Origin: Camelus ferus
Lineage: Eukaryota
Direction: 5' to 3'
NCBI RefSeq assembly: GCF_009834535.1
Contig: NC_045697.1
Coordinates: 63,428,001-63,492,000, forward strand
Length of the DNA: 64,000 nucleotides
Below the pieces are notes generated by a model that was not told the DNA's origin, did not search any database, and worked only from the letters and a program-made list of their open reading frames with translations. Position 1 is the stretch's first letter. Each line of letters opens with the position of its first letter. This document shows positions 41,034 to 55,479 of this stretch, piece by piece. A program made the translations under genes and the position numbers.

Positions 41034-44000
41034 GCACTCAATAAATGTTAGCTACTAAATATGTGAGTGGAAGATCAAAAAATTGCAATTAGAAAAAGAA
41101 AAATTAGCGCATACAGGATTACCAATTTTAGACTGAGTCACATGTCATTTAGATTAATGTTTCATAACATATATATCAAAGAATGAGTTATTAAACAAGA
41201 TTTTCAGTATCTTTGTTATCCTTAAATATTAGGGAAAAAGCCCAAAGCAAGTTACCTTCCTTGTGTTGTTATTTATGTGTTATCCTTTGGTGTATTCAGT
41301 GGTTACCACCTACTTATTCTAAACACTGTTTTTGTTTTCCTTTCGCTCATTCTCCCTTCTTCAGCTGTCCTTTTTCTCCAAATCTCTCCCTGGTGCTCTC
41401 TCTCTCTAATTCTCTTACTCAATTGCTTTGCTCTTTCTTTCTCTCTCACAAGCTACTTTTCCTCTTTCACATTTGTACACATTCATGAAAGCACAAAAAC
41501 ATGCAAATGACAAGGAAACTGAATTACTGACAAAGTCTAAACTTTAGGAATCAAGATTTCTTGCTAGTTTACTAACAGTCTGAATTGAACAAATCATTTG
41601 AACAACGATGCAAATGAAATCTATCACTTAAGTTAGGAAAAAGTAATTTTAAAGTTTTTAATTTGTTTCAAAAGAAAAAAGTACTAGAGACACATTTTGT
41701 TTTTTTAAATCATTTATTGAGAATCTTATTATCCTGCAAGTACAGGATATTGTTTCATGTGGGGCTACTTTTGCTGCCATAAATATGGCCATGAGATTTT
41801 TTAATGTACAATTAGTTGTTCAATCTTTCATGTTGCTAAAATTTTAAAGTGCTTGCCTCTTGCTAATATTACATAAATTATCCTAATTAATGTCTGTTGG
41901 TTTTTGTCTTAATCAGCTTAGCTGCTATAACTAAATACCGTAGTCTTATCTTTAGAATAAAATAAATCTGTTCACTAAAAGTAAAATATGCAAATATCTA
42001 TAAAAAGTATCTAATGATATTTGTGTTTATTTATAAGATATGTTATTCTAAGGCAATTAGTTTGATTTATTAAAATTTCCCCCAAATATTCAAATAAATT
42101 AAAATATATTTACATTATTTGTTATGCATAATTTAATGTTATTTTTATTAGTGATTTGATAATCATCTATCTTTCTTTAAATAACATTTTTGAGTGACCA
42201 GATTTTTAATGCATAAATGGATGTCTTAAATGTAAATATATTTTCATTGACCCATTTATACTATCTCACAATTTTATACTTTAATTGGTAGAAATCGAGA
42301 TCTATTATATGTACTTCCTTCTCTTTCTTTTCCTCCCAACTAGAGATAAAGTACTAAAACCGCTTTACCAGATAAAGTGATTGTATTTAGAAGATGTCAG
42401 GCACTAAGAAATGAAGAAGTGAAAACAAATCGACATTTTTGTAAAAAGTGGGGTACTATTTTGTATGTAAACAGCTTCCAAATATGTTCTGTTGGGCCAA
42501 AGCCCATGAGGTGGATTAGTTAATTTGCGGGATTTCAATTTTGTGCCAATTTCATAGGTTCTGATATTGGCATGAGAATTTGGATTTCACTTGGAACCCC
42601 AGGAGATAAAACATGTTTTTCTTTTTACACACACCTTTGTGTGACATATCCTCTGGTTTCCTATTACTATTTCTACATTGTTTTGACCTAAATTGAAGTC
42701 ATGGAGTGTTTCTTAGGTGTCATTACTGCTGGCAGTTGGTTGGAACTAAAACAGAATCAGTATAAATTTTGCCTATATGAGCTTCCAACTTTTGGACTTT
42801 GTCTAAATCCCAGGTACTGTCAGACTAAGATGAGAAATGATCCAATTCTACTCATAAATTTTAGCTCTACAGTGACTTTTCGGTCTGATAACATTTAGTC
42901 TCAGAATGCTGCTAACATCTTTGTAATTAAAAACAAGAATTTTTCAGAAAGTATGTAACACATAAATAAAATGTCACATTATAAACACATTCCATTATTT
43001 CTCAAATATTTTCTTAGCATTGTTATTCAAAGATACTGTTTTGCAGGACTGTGAGATTATCATTAGAGTTTTTTTTTTTGAATCAGTATATTATTTAATA
43101 AAGTTTTCAGTGGTTTCATACGAATGTGAGAGAAAACATGGCAAACTCATATCGATTACTATTGATTATCAAAAGTGAGGCCAGTTTTTGATAGGTAGTG
43201 GGTGATAGACTTACCAAGCTATATTACCAAGTAAATAATAATATGCTTATTATTTATTGCTGACTGCTCTATATATGCTAATAGACAAAAATTTCTCACA
43301 GAAAATGTCAGGTATACCTTTATACTCACTGTTGGAAAAAAATGCAAATATTTCAGTGTCATTTGAAAAACTGACTAGAAATTATAACTCTTTAATGGCA
43401 GGTCAATTAATCAATCACCAGAATGTTTTTACACTTGAAAATGTTTTCATGCTTGTGCTGAAGTTATTATAGTTTTCAAACATTTTGAGTTGCGGTGCAG
43501 CAGATAAAATGAAGCCTCAAATCATTCTCTAATCTCAAGAACATCCTGGCAGAATTACTGTGCCTTGTCTGTTAAATTGATTTCCTCTTAAAGAAAAGTA
43601 GGCTTTTCTTATTGTGTTAAAAAAATTATTTTATCTATTAAGTGTCTTTCCTTGTAAAGACCTGTTCTTGTTATGACTCAAAAGGAAAAATGTTCTTTTT
43701 CCTCCTAAGTTTTCATATCCTCTTTTACTCACTAATCTGTATTGCAAACAAAATGAAATATAACCCCAAAAGAGTAATTTTTAAATGAATACAAAATAGG
43801 CAAACATTTCTAATACTACCAATTGCATTTATTTTAATTTTCAGCATATGCATAGCTTATTTTTGTTTTCTACGTTATAAAAGTAATTGATGGCAGACTT
43901 GTATGCTGACTCATTGTGCCATAAAATAGGAAATAAGAATATTTACAGTGTAATTTTGAAAGCTACTAATAAACCTTAGGCAAGAAACTGTCTTTAGGGC

Positions 44001-47000
44001 ACTAAAAATACTTGAGGGGTTTGGAACTGGGGTACTTTGTTGTGGTTGTTACTGTTGGTGATGATGGTTAGGTTTGTTTGTTGTTGTATTAATACATTCT
44101 TCAGGAGTAGGATATAGTTAAATGCTTTTCCACCTTATTCCTGATATTTTTAAAGTTAGCCTTTATTCAACCTAGGTGACATCTATTTTGAGTGGAAAAA
44201 CAGTTGCTGGTATTTTCTGCATTTGTTGTTTAACGATAGCTTATTGAACTGTAATGCTTTATAATTAGAACCTTTCCAGTGAAAACAAGATACATTAGGG
44301 GAGAAGCCAAAAAGTGCAGTTATCCACCTGAAATTACAATAGCATTATTTCTGTAATAGCAGAAGAGAAACTAGAATGTCTTGAGTGGATAGCTCACATA
44401 TTTAAAGGAATAATTCTAAATAGTGAAAGAATGTACTCTTAAAGGTAAATGTTAGATTAGGTAGTCAGAAATGTCAGCATGCTATAAATACATGTAAAGA
44501 CATAATAACATTCATTTCTTGATCAGTGAAATGAGGATTGTGCTTCTTAAATGACTTAACAAGATATGGTAAAATAAAATTTGGTAAATTATGAATGGTA
44601 TGAGTGTCTTCAAAGTGAGAGAGTATAGGGGCACGTAGTTTTTTTTTTTTATTTTCTGGTGAGTTCATGAATTTTAACTTCTAATACTTATATAAAGCCA
44701 AAATCTTAATTATTCAATGATTGGAAGGTTAATTTTGACCTCAGGTGAAAAAAGTATTAAGAACATTTAAAAAAGAATATTTCTATTAGTCAGAATTTAC
44801 TTAAAAAGGCCAGTCAATCCCAATGGAGTACATTAATAATTTTTCATTTACCTCTAATGTGAAACATGTTTTATATTTATATTTGTTCTTCCAGATTGTG
44901 ACTTGATTTTTCTATCTGATCAAAGTTATAGGTACATTATTCCTTGAGGTGGTGATGATTAAAAAGTATCATTTGAAGGATTACTTTGTTATTAGATCTG
45001 GTTACTAACATTTTCATGATAATATATGAGTGAGTCATAGAAAATTTGCATTGAGATTTATTAGATAAGCCTGAGATACTCAAATCTCTTGCCATAATTA
45101 TGAATCTAGTACCCTTTATGCCACAATAATATTTTGAAGTACTATACCTTGCACTCTGCTTCACAAAAAAGGCTAATCTGATATATTCCTTTTTGCTATA
45201 TGCTGTCATGTCCATCTTTTTAATACCCTCCTTGTTCATTATAAGTGCTGTTAGCCATACTGCCTAATGAAAGGTACCTCATATCAAGTCTGATTACTGC
45301 TCTAATGTTTTCCAGGCGTGCTTGGTGATGAGCTTGGCATATGAAACAATTTTCTACAGTAATAAAACTAATTAAAGTAGGCAGTCATCCACATACTACT
45401 TTCTAATGAATTATAATAAGCTCATTAATCTCACCTACTCCTATTCCAAAAAGTTCATTGATAGGCCTGTATGTAAGAGTAAACTTCTCAACCTTAAAAA
45501 TGTACAGCTATTGCAGAATCAAGGAAGACTTTGCAAATTTAAGCTAAAAAATCAAAAATTTCTGATCAGTGATTTAAATGAAAGGTATAGCTTCTAAACT
45601 CCGCCCAAGATTACTTATTGGCAAGATCATTTTCCATTTGAGTTCTCCTATAATTGATCTAACAAACAAAAAACAATTCATTGTTGATACCAACTCTTCA
45701 GCACTTTGAAGAATAAAATTGAATGAACCCACTCCACATTTCTTCCTAGAGATCATATAAGAATGATGAATTGAGTACTTGAGATCAAGAGATAAAAACA
45801 CAGCCTGTTTCCTCTCCAGAGAGTGCTAGAGTATCTGCTCAAGATGTCAAAACATAATAATAATTATTTTTTTAACTCTTCTCCAAATTTGTGAAGTGCC
45901 TGATGAAACATCATAAGAATTATTATTCCCCTCAGTTACAAATAGTTTGGCAATGTAGACCTATTGTTTTGGAGGTAATTTTACCATGAAAGTGATAAGG
46001 TTGTTAAGTGTAACTCATAAAGAGACAATTTTTGAACTATAAATATTAATAGTAAGAAAATATTTTGGGTAGGGTTTATTCTATCTTCATATAATTTGAT
46101 GTTTTAATAATGTGGCAGTTTCCATTCTTGAAGCTCACTGCTGCTATGACACACATGAATTTCTCCCTCAAGAATTTAAATTAGAAACATGTAGATTTCA
46201 AAATTAGTACAGAATGATTGTAACAGGTTAACTGAAAATAGGTACATTTTAACTTATGGAATTAACATATCCAAAGTTGTTATTTACAGTCTTGAATTTT
46301 TAGCTAATATTTCATAATTCTTTAGAGGAAAAGAAGTTAAATATTCTGTGCAGAGTATTTTCTTTTGCAAAACAGATGTTTAGAAGTCTGACAGCTTTGG
46401 TAGGGAGAGGGTTAATAAACCTGCCCTGAGTAAAATGTCTCTCAGGCTGGGATCACCTATAACTTTGGTGGCCAGTTGCTATTTTATGTGACAATGAATT
46501 AGTTCTATGCTGTGAACCACAATTAGGGGAAGGGCTTTTGGTACAGGTTCCTCCATTATAGAGCCATTTGTTTCTGAGAAAGTAATCTATGCAGCTTGTA
46601 ATTCAGTATTTTCATTTGTAAAATGTGGGGATTCAGCTAGAGTAGTGTACCCCAAATTGTCAAAAGTACCACTGATGGTAAATTTGGTGTTTTAAGTAAT
46701 TTTTTAATATAATAATTTAATATAAAAATTTATTATATGAAGTCAAGTGATTTCCCTTTTTAATTCCAGGTGAGTTCTCCTGGAATCAAGGTGATACATT
46801 TTATAGCATCAAGGTGCTGTAGTCCTTAATATCTCTCTAACACTCATTGTATTGGCATAGCTGTGGATCTCCTTGTAGTTTCTGAGAGATGAGAGGAACA
46901 CGCTGCTGAGTAGCAGAATGCTGCTTGTAAGTCTTATTAAGAGAAGTACATTTTTGGAAAATTATCTCAAAGATAATAGAAAATTAAGTAAGAGCTTTAG

Positions 47001-47194
47001 GAAAATTTTTGGAGCTCCAACTGACCTTGTTTTGAACAGTAATCCCTGTTTGGAAAATACTTGTTCCAATTCGTAGATCAAATTAATGGTACTATTAAGA
47101 GTTAGCTATACTTTGAATAAACTTTGGTAATATGCTTTAATGTTAATAGGAAGCATGACTCATCATCATAACATTCAACATTTATGTGATGCTT

Positions 47195-47455
47195 AATAAC
47201 TAGCATTTATTGAGTGTTTGCAAGGCAGACGATCCTTCTAAATGATTTACATATATTAACACATATTAGTCTTCTTCACCCATTTTAATGTTTACAGCAA
47301 CCACGTAAATTAAGCAGTAATACTTCCCTCATTTTTCCTAGGAGGAAACTGAAGTACCAAGATATTAAGGAACTTGAGAAAAGTCAGACCACTAGTAAAT
47401 GACAAAGTTTTTTTTGTTGTTGTTGTTGTTTTTTAATTCTGTAACTATCCAGGTT
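47195..47455 (-). mobile_element. MIR SINE with a (TTG)n run at about 47413-47432
   Basis: taataactagcatttattgagtg...cattttccta ggaggaaactgaag...aaggaacttg. Confidence 0.7.
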
Positions 47456-47779
47456 GCCCATACATTTCTGTTCTTTACTATCCTCCATCCTGCCACTCCT
47501 AGGAAGCCTTAGTTAACTGAGTTTTCTCAGTTCTCAATTGGAAGCTTGTTTCTTTCAACATTATATACCCAGTGTCTGGCACATAATGGGCACTCAAAAA
47601 GTGTTTGTTGGAAAAATGTATGAATGGATTAATTAATCAACAAATCTCTGCTCTAAAAGACAACTTTAAAAATGCCACTACACATAACCTGTTGGACTCT
47701 AAGACCTCAGATCCAGCACTCGGTTTTCTCTTGATAATTTGTCACCATTTCTATTATTAATCTTAGCTAATTTGGAATC

Positions 47780-48220
47780 AGAACTGTGTGCTTTGAAGTC
47801 AGAATGTATAGGTTCAAATGAAAACTCCATTACTTATCTTTATCCAGTGCTTAACTGTGTGACATTGGAGTTTCAGTTTTTTATCTGTACAATATAGATA
47901 CTAATCTTTATCATAGCTATCCAGAATTATTGTACTAACTAAATTAAGTATGCTTTAAACACTTAAGAATGTTTGGCATATTGTAGATGTTTTGTGAAAG
48001 AGCAATATTGAAATATCTAGACATTGGAACCAAACAGACCTAATACTGTTACAAGGTAGTTCTGGGAGCCTGAGTGCATTATTTACATATTTAAAACATT
48101 AGTTTCTCAAATGCTTAATCACAAAACACAAGTTCCTAATTAAGGGTTATTGTAAGAGTTAAATAAGATAATATATCCAGAGTACCTGACATAAAATTAA
48201 AACAAAATAAATGTTAGCTG
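47780..48220 (+). mobile_element. Two tandem MIR fragments
   Basis: gctttgaagtcaga...ggttcaaat...tgtgtgac...tcagttttttatctgta, then gggttattgtaagagttaaataagataat...aaatgttagctg. Confidence 0.6.
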
Positions 48221-49934
48221 CTGCTTTTAGCAATAGTTATTCTTTCCTTTAGATGTTCTCTTATTCTTTAGGTTTACTATGTTGGGGGAAAAAATAAGAC
48301 AATTCACTGCCTAATGACTGAGTTCATTTATTATACTATTTTCATGTAGTTCTCTCTAAAATATAAGCACTATTTTTGCCTGATAGAATTATAACTCAAA
48401 TTATGTTGCATTGAACAATATGCTGCTTAAAGCTACTACTTTGGGAAGTAGAAAAGTTAGGTCTAACAAAAGTTATTTTGTTGAATCTGTATTTTACAGA
48501 CCACTGGCAATTGGAAGTATGTGATAGGGAGAAGATTTATAGGGTATCTCTGTATTTATAAGTCACTGAATAGAAAGAAACACAATTCAAGAATTTGAGA
48601 AATGTATTGAAGAAGATTAATTAGGATGAGTTTGAGTGCATGGACAGATGCATTTCTCATTGGCTGATTGCAAGTAAGCCTTACTATAAAAGTATCTCAG
48701 AAGCAAAATTTATTGTGATCAAGTTCTCCATTAAATGCTAGTATATTAATAGAAATGCATTCCTGTAGAAAACTAAACCAAACCAACACACAAACATATT
48801 TTTTAAAAAACTAACATTCTTCAAACCAACACTCTAGAGAGTACATGTTTTTTCTATATTCTGTCTCATGTTTGGGGAGGGAACAATTTTCTGCAGTGAA
48901 GTCAATGAACTTCATGTAAAGGTGCATGTTTAACCATGTTTAACCTAGAGGGAATCCTGAGTTCCTCAAAATCCCTGATCCCTTAGAGATAAGGTTAAAG
49001 ATTCTTGGTTGACTTTGAAACTTCTTTATTAAACCATATTGAAAGGATTTGCAGTTTAGCATTTTAAAATCAGGTGCATTCATACCTTGCTAAAAATTAT
49101 TTCAGACAGTAACTGAACACTTTTTTAGAGGACAGATACAAAATCTGTAATTCAGGGCCTAAAAGCTTAGTTAAAACTACTATTATCTCCTTTCTTTAAT
49201 ATTATAGTAGCCTCCTAAATGGTATCCTCACTTCCTTTCTTACTACTCTATCTCTTCTCCTTATTTCCCCAATTATTCTTCCAGTTTTATGCAAATATTG
49301 TCATATCCATATCCAAAAATCCTTGTCTTTAAAATCAAAACACTTTCATTCCCCTTGTCCTTCAGATAAAGTCTAAGAAGCCCAAGTAATGTTGCTCATT
49401 CTACAGCATCCTCAAGTACCATTCCGTCTCTTTGTGTTTCATACTTCACCTCTACTAGTATATCTTTTATCACCTTGAACTTGCTGTGTACCCTTTTACC
49501 TTAGTCCCGGTGTGTTTTGTTTTTCTTTTCTCACAGCAAAATTATATTCATCCTTCAGAACAGATCTTAAACTTTATTTCATCAAAAAATAATTGATTGG
49601 GTTTTCCTAGACCCTAGTTATTCTCTTCCATAACATGATTATACTTTAGAAATCTGTCCTTTGCCTCAAAGAGTATAAGCAACCTTTTTCCACCTTGTTT
49701 GCTTCTGCTGTATTCTCAGACTTTTGTCCAATGGCTCACATTTAACATTCACTTTTTCTAAATACCCTACTGGATGAAAGTTTTTTTAATTAATAAGAGC
49801 TATAAGAGTGCAAGCTCATATGAGACTTTCCTTTAGGGTCACGCATACATCCTTACAATGTCAGATTCTACCTCAGTGATCCTCTCCCCACACAGATGTT
49901 CTTCCTCGATGTAGAGCCAACCAGCTGAAAATTG

Positions 49935-50340
49935 TCATGCTCTCTTGAAGCTGGGGCTTGGTTGTGTGACCCAATTCTGGGTCAATGGACCAGAGGGAAA
50001 AAAATGCATTGGATGAAAAAGATACATGAGAAGAGAAATTGTCTTTCCCACTGTTAAATCCAAATATACGATTGAGAACATATATTTTGGATCTGCATTT
50101 GCCTTCCTATAGCTATGAAGGGTCAAGCCTGAGAACTAATGACAACCCTTTGAGGATCCATTAGAACAAAACAGAAAGTATCCGTGTCTTTGATGATGTT
50201 ATTATGCTATTGAATTAACTACTAAGCCTGGAACCACCCACTTCTGTTCATCTTGTTGTATGAGATATTAAATATCTTTTCTATTTAAGCCATTTTTAGG
50301 TAGGCTTTTACTTACTGTCAGAAGCACTCTAACTGATACA
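49935..50340 (+). mobile_element. MLT1J/K-like LTR remnant
   Basis: tgtgacccaattctgggtcaatgga...tttaagccatttttag...ttacttactg...aagcactctaactgataca. Confidence 0.7.
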
Positions 50341-52179
50341 GCTGCCCTCAGGACTCGGTCTCCCCTGAGTCCCTATTTTATAGTTAGTGTGTGGTTACTG
50401 TCATCTGTTGGAATAAGGAAACCTAAGTTGTCTACTTCTCAGTGAAGATAAGTTTCTTCTCTAATTTTTCTGTTCTCCTTTTCCATAAGGAAGATGAGTT
50501 AGAATCCCAAAAAAGTAAGCCACAAATTGATGTCCTTTTATGCTTCCCTTCTAATTGATCTCTAAGAATATTTTAGGTTCATGAATGATTCTCAAAATAA
50601 TTTAAGCAAAATACTGAGAGAGTAGAAAAAGTACAGATACAGTCATTTATTTTTATTGTACTTACAGGCTGCATGCTGTAGGGAAGTCTGAAAAATTTCC
50701 CTGACCAATGGCAAGTGGAGACCAGGGGTTAAGGAGGCCCAGATTATCCACCATGACTTTATTTATTCAAAAGTTGAAGATGGGAGGCAATAGAGAAGGA
50801 TATACAGTTAACTATATGTGAAAGGAAAAGGGGTTGGCAAAGGACAGTAGTTTTTAACATGTTTTTGACATTCATTCAAATAATTCTCTCAAAATAATCA
50901 TGTAATATGGAGTCCCTGTAAGACAAATGATCAGGAAGGCCCTTGCCCAGGAATACTCCCTTTTTACTTTATTAACATACTTTGTAAATGTAACCTAAAT
51001 TTGGTGAATGTCAACTTTTCTACATATGTGTGATACTCAAAAGACCATTAACTTGTGTAATCTAGAATAGAAAGAGTATTCCTTATGACACTTTTATTCT
51101 CTATAGAACCAGACACTGAGTTCAACTCAGAAATTAGTCATTTATCAAACATGTAATGTGTAAACTTCCTTTCCAATGTAAATATAACTGTGGAACCTTA
51201 GCTAGTGGAGCTTCTCTGAGCCACTCTGCTTCCCAGTAAAACCTCAGTAATACCATCTAACTCATAGGGTTTCTGTAAAATCAGATCTACTGAGAAGATA
51301 GATATAAACCCTATGGAACTGAGTGGGGAATCTTTATTTCTCTGGAAGTTAAATTTAGAAGATTTTTTTTCTGATAAAATAGGGAATATGAAAATTAAAT
51401 TGCTTTCCTTGTGAGGCTAAGAATTATAGGGTATTTTGTACACTTTTTTTCTGTGTTCTTTAAAAAATATCTGTATATGTAATATGCAATCTTGGCTTTA
51501 GATATTAAAGAAAATTTAAATTTCTGCATTTCTATCAGTTTTCTATAACTGTGGTCTATATGTATGAAATCGTGGTTTTTATTTGTTATTGAAATATTGA
51601 CAGTCTTTCATTTTCGCTCTTTGGATAACTTTTGTGTTTTCCTTGAGCAAGTCACTTATCATTTCCATTTTCTGTTTCAATGTACTTATAAGAGACAGGA
51701 ATAATAATTGTGATGTACCTTACAAGAAAGATAAGATCATCTTGAAAAGAGTGGTGAAAATCCAAGCAGTGTGTCAGATGCCAGATATGGCAAACAAACA
51801 AATAAATAAAAGAGCGTTTCTATTATAAAGTATTCTTCTATATAGTTTTGATGTTGTGAAAGGTGGTAAAATTATTTTCTGTTTCTGATACTTTTTGAGT
51901 ATTTAGGGGTGAATTGTCCAGGATTGTCTGGATATATGTATATCCAGAGTCTTAATTATATAGCACATTTACTGGCCTGCCCTCATTGAATTTTTAATTG
52001 GAATACCACCAGGAGGCAGCTGTTGGCATCATTAATGGAATGTATTTGTGGGCAGAGTATCTTTACCCAAAAAATTTCTGAACTAATTTAAGGAAATAAA
52101 AATCAATTTTAAGTTCAAATTTTAGCCTAATTTTTCTACTAAAACACTAATGTCACTTAGGATGGTAGATGACTCCCTA

Positions 52180-52537
52180 TCCATTCATTCAATTGATATT
52201 TATTGATCTCCTCCTCTGTGAAAGTTACTAGACTACATTATTTGTGATGTATAAAAATAAAATATGGCTCCTATCTTCAAAGAGCTTATATTTAACAGGG
52301 AAATTAAGCAATATACATAAATAACATTATTAAGGCTTTCTTCCTTAGTGTTGGGAAAAAAGGAAGGAAAACAATTCTGAGACTAGTGAAGAATTCTAAC
52401 CAGATGTAAAGACCTGAATTAAGTCAATGGCAATGGGAGTTGAAGCAAGGAAATGAACTAAAGGAATTTTGGAGTCAAAAAGAGGATTGTTCGTCCATTG
52501 GTCATGGAATGTGAGAAAACATGAGAAGTCAAGGATG
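52180..52537 (-). mobile_element. L2 fragment (left part, interrupted by L1)
   Basis: ccattcattcaattgatatttattga start, ending at the L2 motif gaagtcaaggatg. Confidence 0.6.
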
Positions 52538-54215
52538 GGAACTTCTGGTTTCAGTTCTAACAGTTAAAAAGCTTGAAGTTATCACTTCTGTTTTTACAAT
52601 AAGAAAAATTTTGAACAAATTGAAAGTCAACAACTATTCTTGGGCCTGCAGAGAAAAAAGTCCAAAGAGCAAACCACCACCCCAGGCAAATATAGAGAGT
52701 CACAGCCAAAATTAGTTTACCTAGAGCAGAAGTCACATGATGCCACAACCTGGTAGGAGCACTTAACTGGTAGTTTTGATGAATCACTGGAAGCTGAGTG
52801 GACTAACCTAATAATAAGAAACTCCTGGGGGCCATATTCTTATGGAGGACCCATACACATGAGTTTTACCTCTAGGAATCCCACCAGGTTCTCCTGGTGA
52901 AGAACCAAAGAAATGAAAGTCCTTTTGTGTCTTTGGCAGAGAAATGGAAAAGTAACCACTTGAAATGTGCCCAGAGCATTCTTTCTAACAATTGCCTACT
53001 TTCCAAGAGAAAAGACTACCAGACAGAGCCTTATCTCTCCTTGGAGGAAGGGCACTTAACTAATTCAGCCCTCTCTACTCTCCCTATCTCACCTGAGAGG
53101 GAGAAGTGAAGCTAGAATTGACTTGTGAAGGTCACAACCAACACAGAGACACAGGGCCACTGAAGATTGATACTTAATCATAAGATTATAGAATGTTTCC
53201 CCTCCCTAACTCCTTACTACTGGGTCAAAAAGCTTCCAGTATACAGTAACTCACAGCTAAAGGAACTGCAAGGCACAGATTCTATTTGAAAGGTATCCTT
53301 AGGGTAAGCCAGAGACAGCAGAGGATATAAAAACGACAATTGAGGAATTTTAAGCCTCTGGGACATACAGCTACAGTAAATATTAAACATAGCCCGTCTT
53401 CTAGCAAGAGTAGCATAAAAACTCAAACTGTTTACCTGTTATTATCACCCAATATATTACCTCCAGCTTTCAAAAATAAATTATGAGGCATGCTAAAAGG
53501 CAGGAAAAAATACAGTTTGAAGAAACAAAGCGAGCAGCAGAACCAGACTAATATATGACACAGATTTTAAAGTTATCAGACAGGAAATTTTAAATAATTA
53601 TAATTAATAGATTAAGGCTATAATGACAAAAAATAAACAACATGCAAGAACAAATGGGCAATACAAGCAGAGAGACGAAAATGCTAAGAATCAAGAGGAA
53701 TGCTAGAAATCAAAAGCACTGAAACTTAAAGAATGCCTTTATTGGGCTCATTAGTAGATTAGACACTGCTGAGAAGAAGAATCAGTGAGCTTGAAGATAT
53801 GTCAACTGAAATTCAAAGAGAAAAAAATGAAAACAAAATAGCAGAATATCCAAGAACTCTGAGATAATTTCAGATTATTAACACCTGTGTAATTGGAGTA
53901 CCAGAAGAGAGAATGGAGCAGAAGAAATTTTGAAGCTAATAGTAGCCAAGACTTTGCAAAATCAATGACAGACACCAAACCACAGCTGCAGGAAGCTCAG
54001 AGAATTCCAAATAAAATATATACTGAAAAAAAAAATCGACTCCTATACATACCATATTGAAACTGCAGAAAACCAAAGACAAAGAGAAAATCTTGAAAGG
54101 ATGTACAGAGAATGTACATACCTTACCTACAGAGGAAAAAGAATAAGAATTACAATTGACTTTATTTCAGAAACCATGACAACAAGACGATGGATTGAAT
54201 ACATAAAGTGCTAAA
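52538..54215 (+). mobile_element. Old L1 (L1MC/MD-like) 5'UTR plus decayed ORF1, lacking ORF2 and the 3' end
   Basis: 5' start ggaacttctggtttcagttc; ORF1-like aagaatgcctttattgggctcattagtagattagacactgctgag...gtgagcttgaagata, aattggagtaccagaag and aaagagaaaatcttgaaag; flanked by agaagtcaaggatg / agaaatcaaggatg. Confidence 0.85.
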
Positions 54216-54800
54216 AGAAATCAAGGATGAAGCAAGTTTCTTGATTAAGTTATAGAAGAGACGATGTTATTAACTAAGACCAGAAGTGTTGGAGAAATAA
54301 CTTGTTACCCTCCAGGATGAAGATTTTTAGATTTGAAAGTTTGAATCTAATATGCCTGGAACATAACAAGTGAAAGTCTCTAGGAGTCAGTTCAAGATTT
54401 GGCAAAAATTTCAGAACACAGAAAGGTGAGGATTGATAATAAATACTGAAGTGTTAATTCATAGGTAGTTGCTAATACAGTAATTGTTGAGGTGAAACAT
54501 TTAAAAGGAGATGGGAAAAGGGCTTCAGACAGAAACCTGGGAAAAATTAACTTCTCAAGAACAAAATGAAAGGAAAAAATGTTAATTAAAAAGTTTAAAA
54601 AGTATCCAAACTGTATAACAGGAGAAAACACTAGTGCAGAAGTCCAGGAAGAAGAGATATTTTAAAGAAGATGCACAGATCAGGCTGAGGACTGAACAAT
54701 GTTTCTACCTAACTTTGATGAGAGCAATTTTAATTAAATGACTAGAATGGAAACCAATTTTCAGAGGCAGGAAGATTGAACAGTTATCAGTTATTTATTT
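54216..54800 (-). mobile_element. L2 fragment (right part, resuming after L1)
   Basis: Resumes at tcaaggatga...gtttctt; tgaggactgaacaatg...aactttgatgagagcaattt. Confidence 0.6.
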
Positions 54801-55227
54801 GTGGTGCTAAATTGTAAATGAGGGTGTGGATTCTATAAGTCTAGTTCCTCTTTCAAGAATCTCATCAGTAAAAGGGGGGAAGAGAGTCAAGAATAGAAGT
54901 CAGGAATCACAAAATGTTGCTTGTTGTTACATTTGTTTTAGTAAAGGTAGAGACTTAATCCAGTTTAAAGATAGAGAAGCTTTCTGCTTACATCAGTATT
55001 CTAAATATAGGGAACAACTGTTTAATCTTGCCCCTACTGCTTATAATTTTGTATACAACTAACTGAATAATTCACAGAAAACCTATGTTTTCCTTCATCA
55101 TCCTGGATAATAAAAAGTATTTGCCATATGAGGACAATTTATGGCACATTGTGATTATAATAGCAAAACTATACCAGTTATCATAAATGCATATGCTCAT
55201 TTTATATATTCTGGTAATCATTTCTTT

Positions 55228-55479
55228 TTTTTAAATTTTACTGAGTTATAGTCAGTTTACAGTGTTGTGTCAATTTCTGGTGTACAGCACAATTTTTCAG
55301 TCATACATGAATATACATATATTCATTTTCATATTCTTTTTCACCATGAGCTACTGCAAGATCTTGTATGTATTTCCCTGTGCTATACAGTATAGACTTG
55401 TGTATCTATTCTATATATACCTGTCAGTATCTACAAATCTCGAACTCCCAGTGTATCCCTTCCCACCCACTGTCTCCCC
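55228..55479 (-). mobile_element. Young camelid L1 3' tail
   Basis: tagtcagtttacagtgttgtgtcaatttctggtgtacagcac...; 12-bp TSD aatcatttcttt at 55216-55227 and 55480-55491. Confidence 0.9.
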
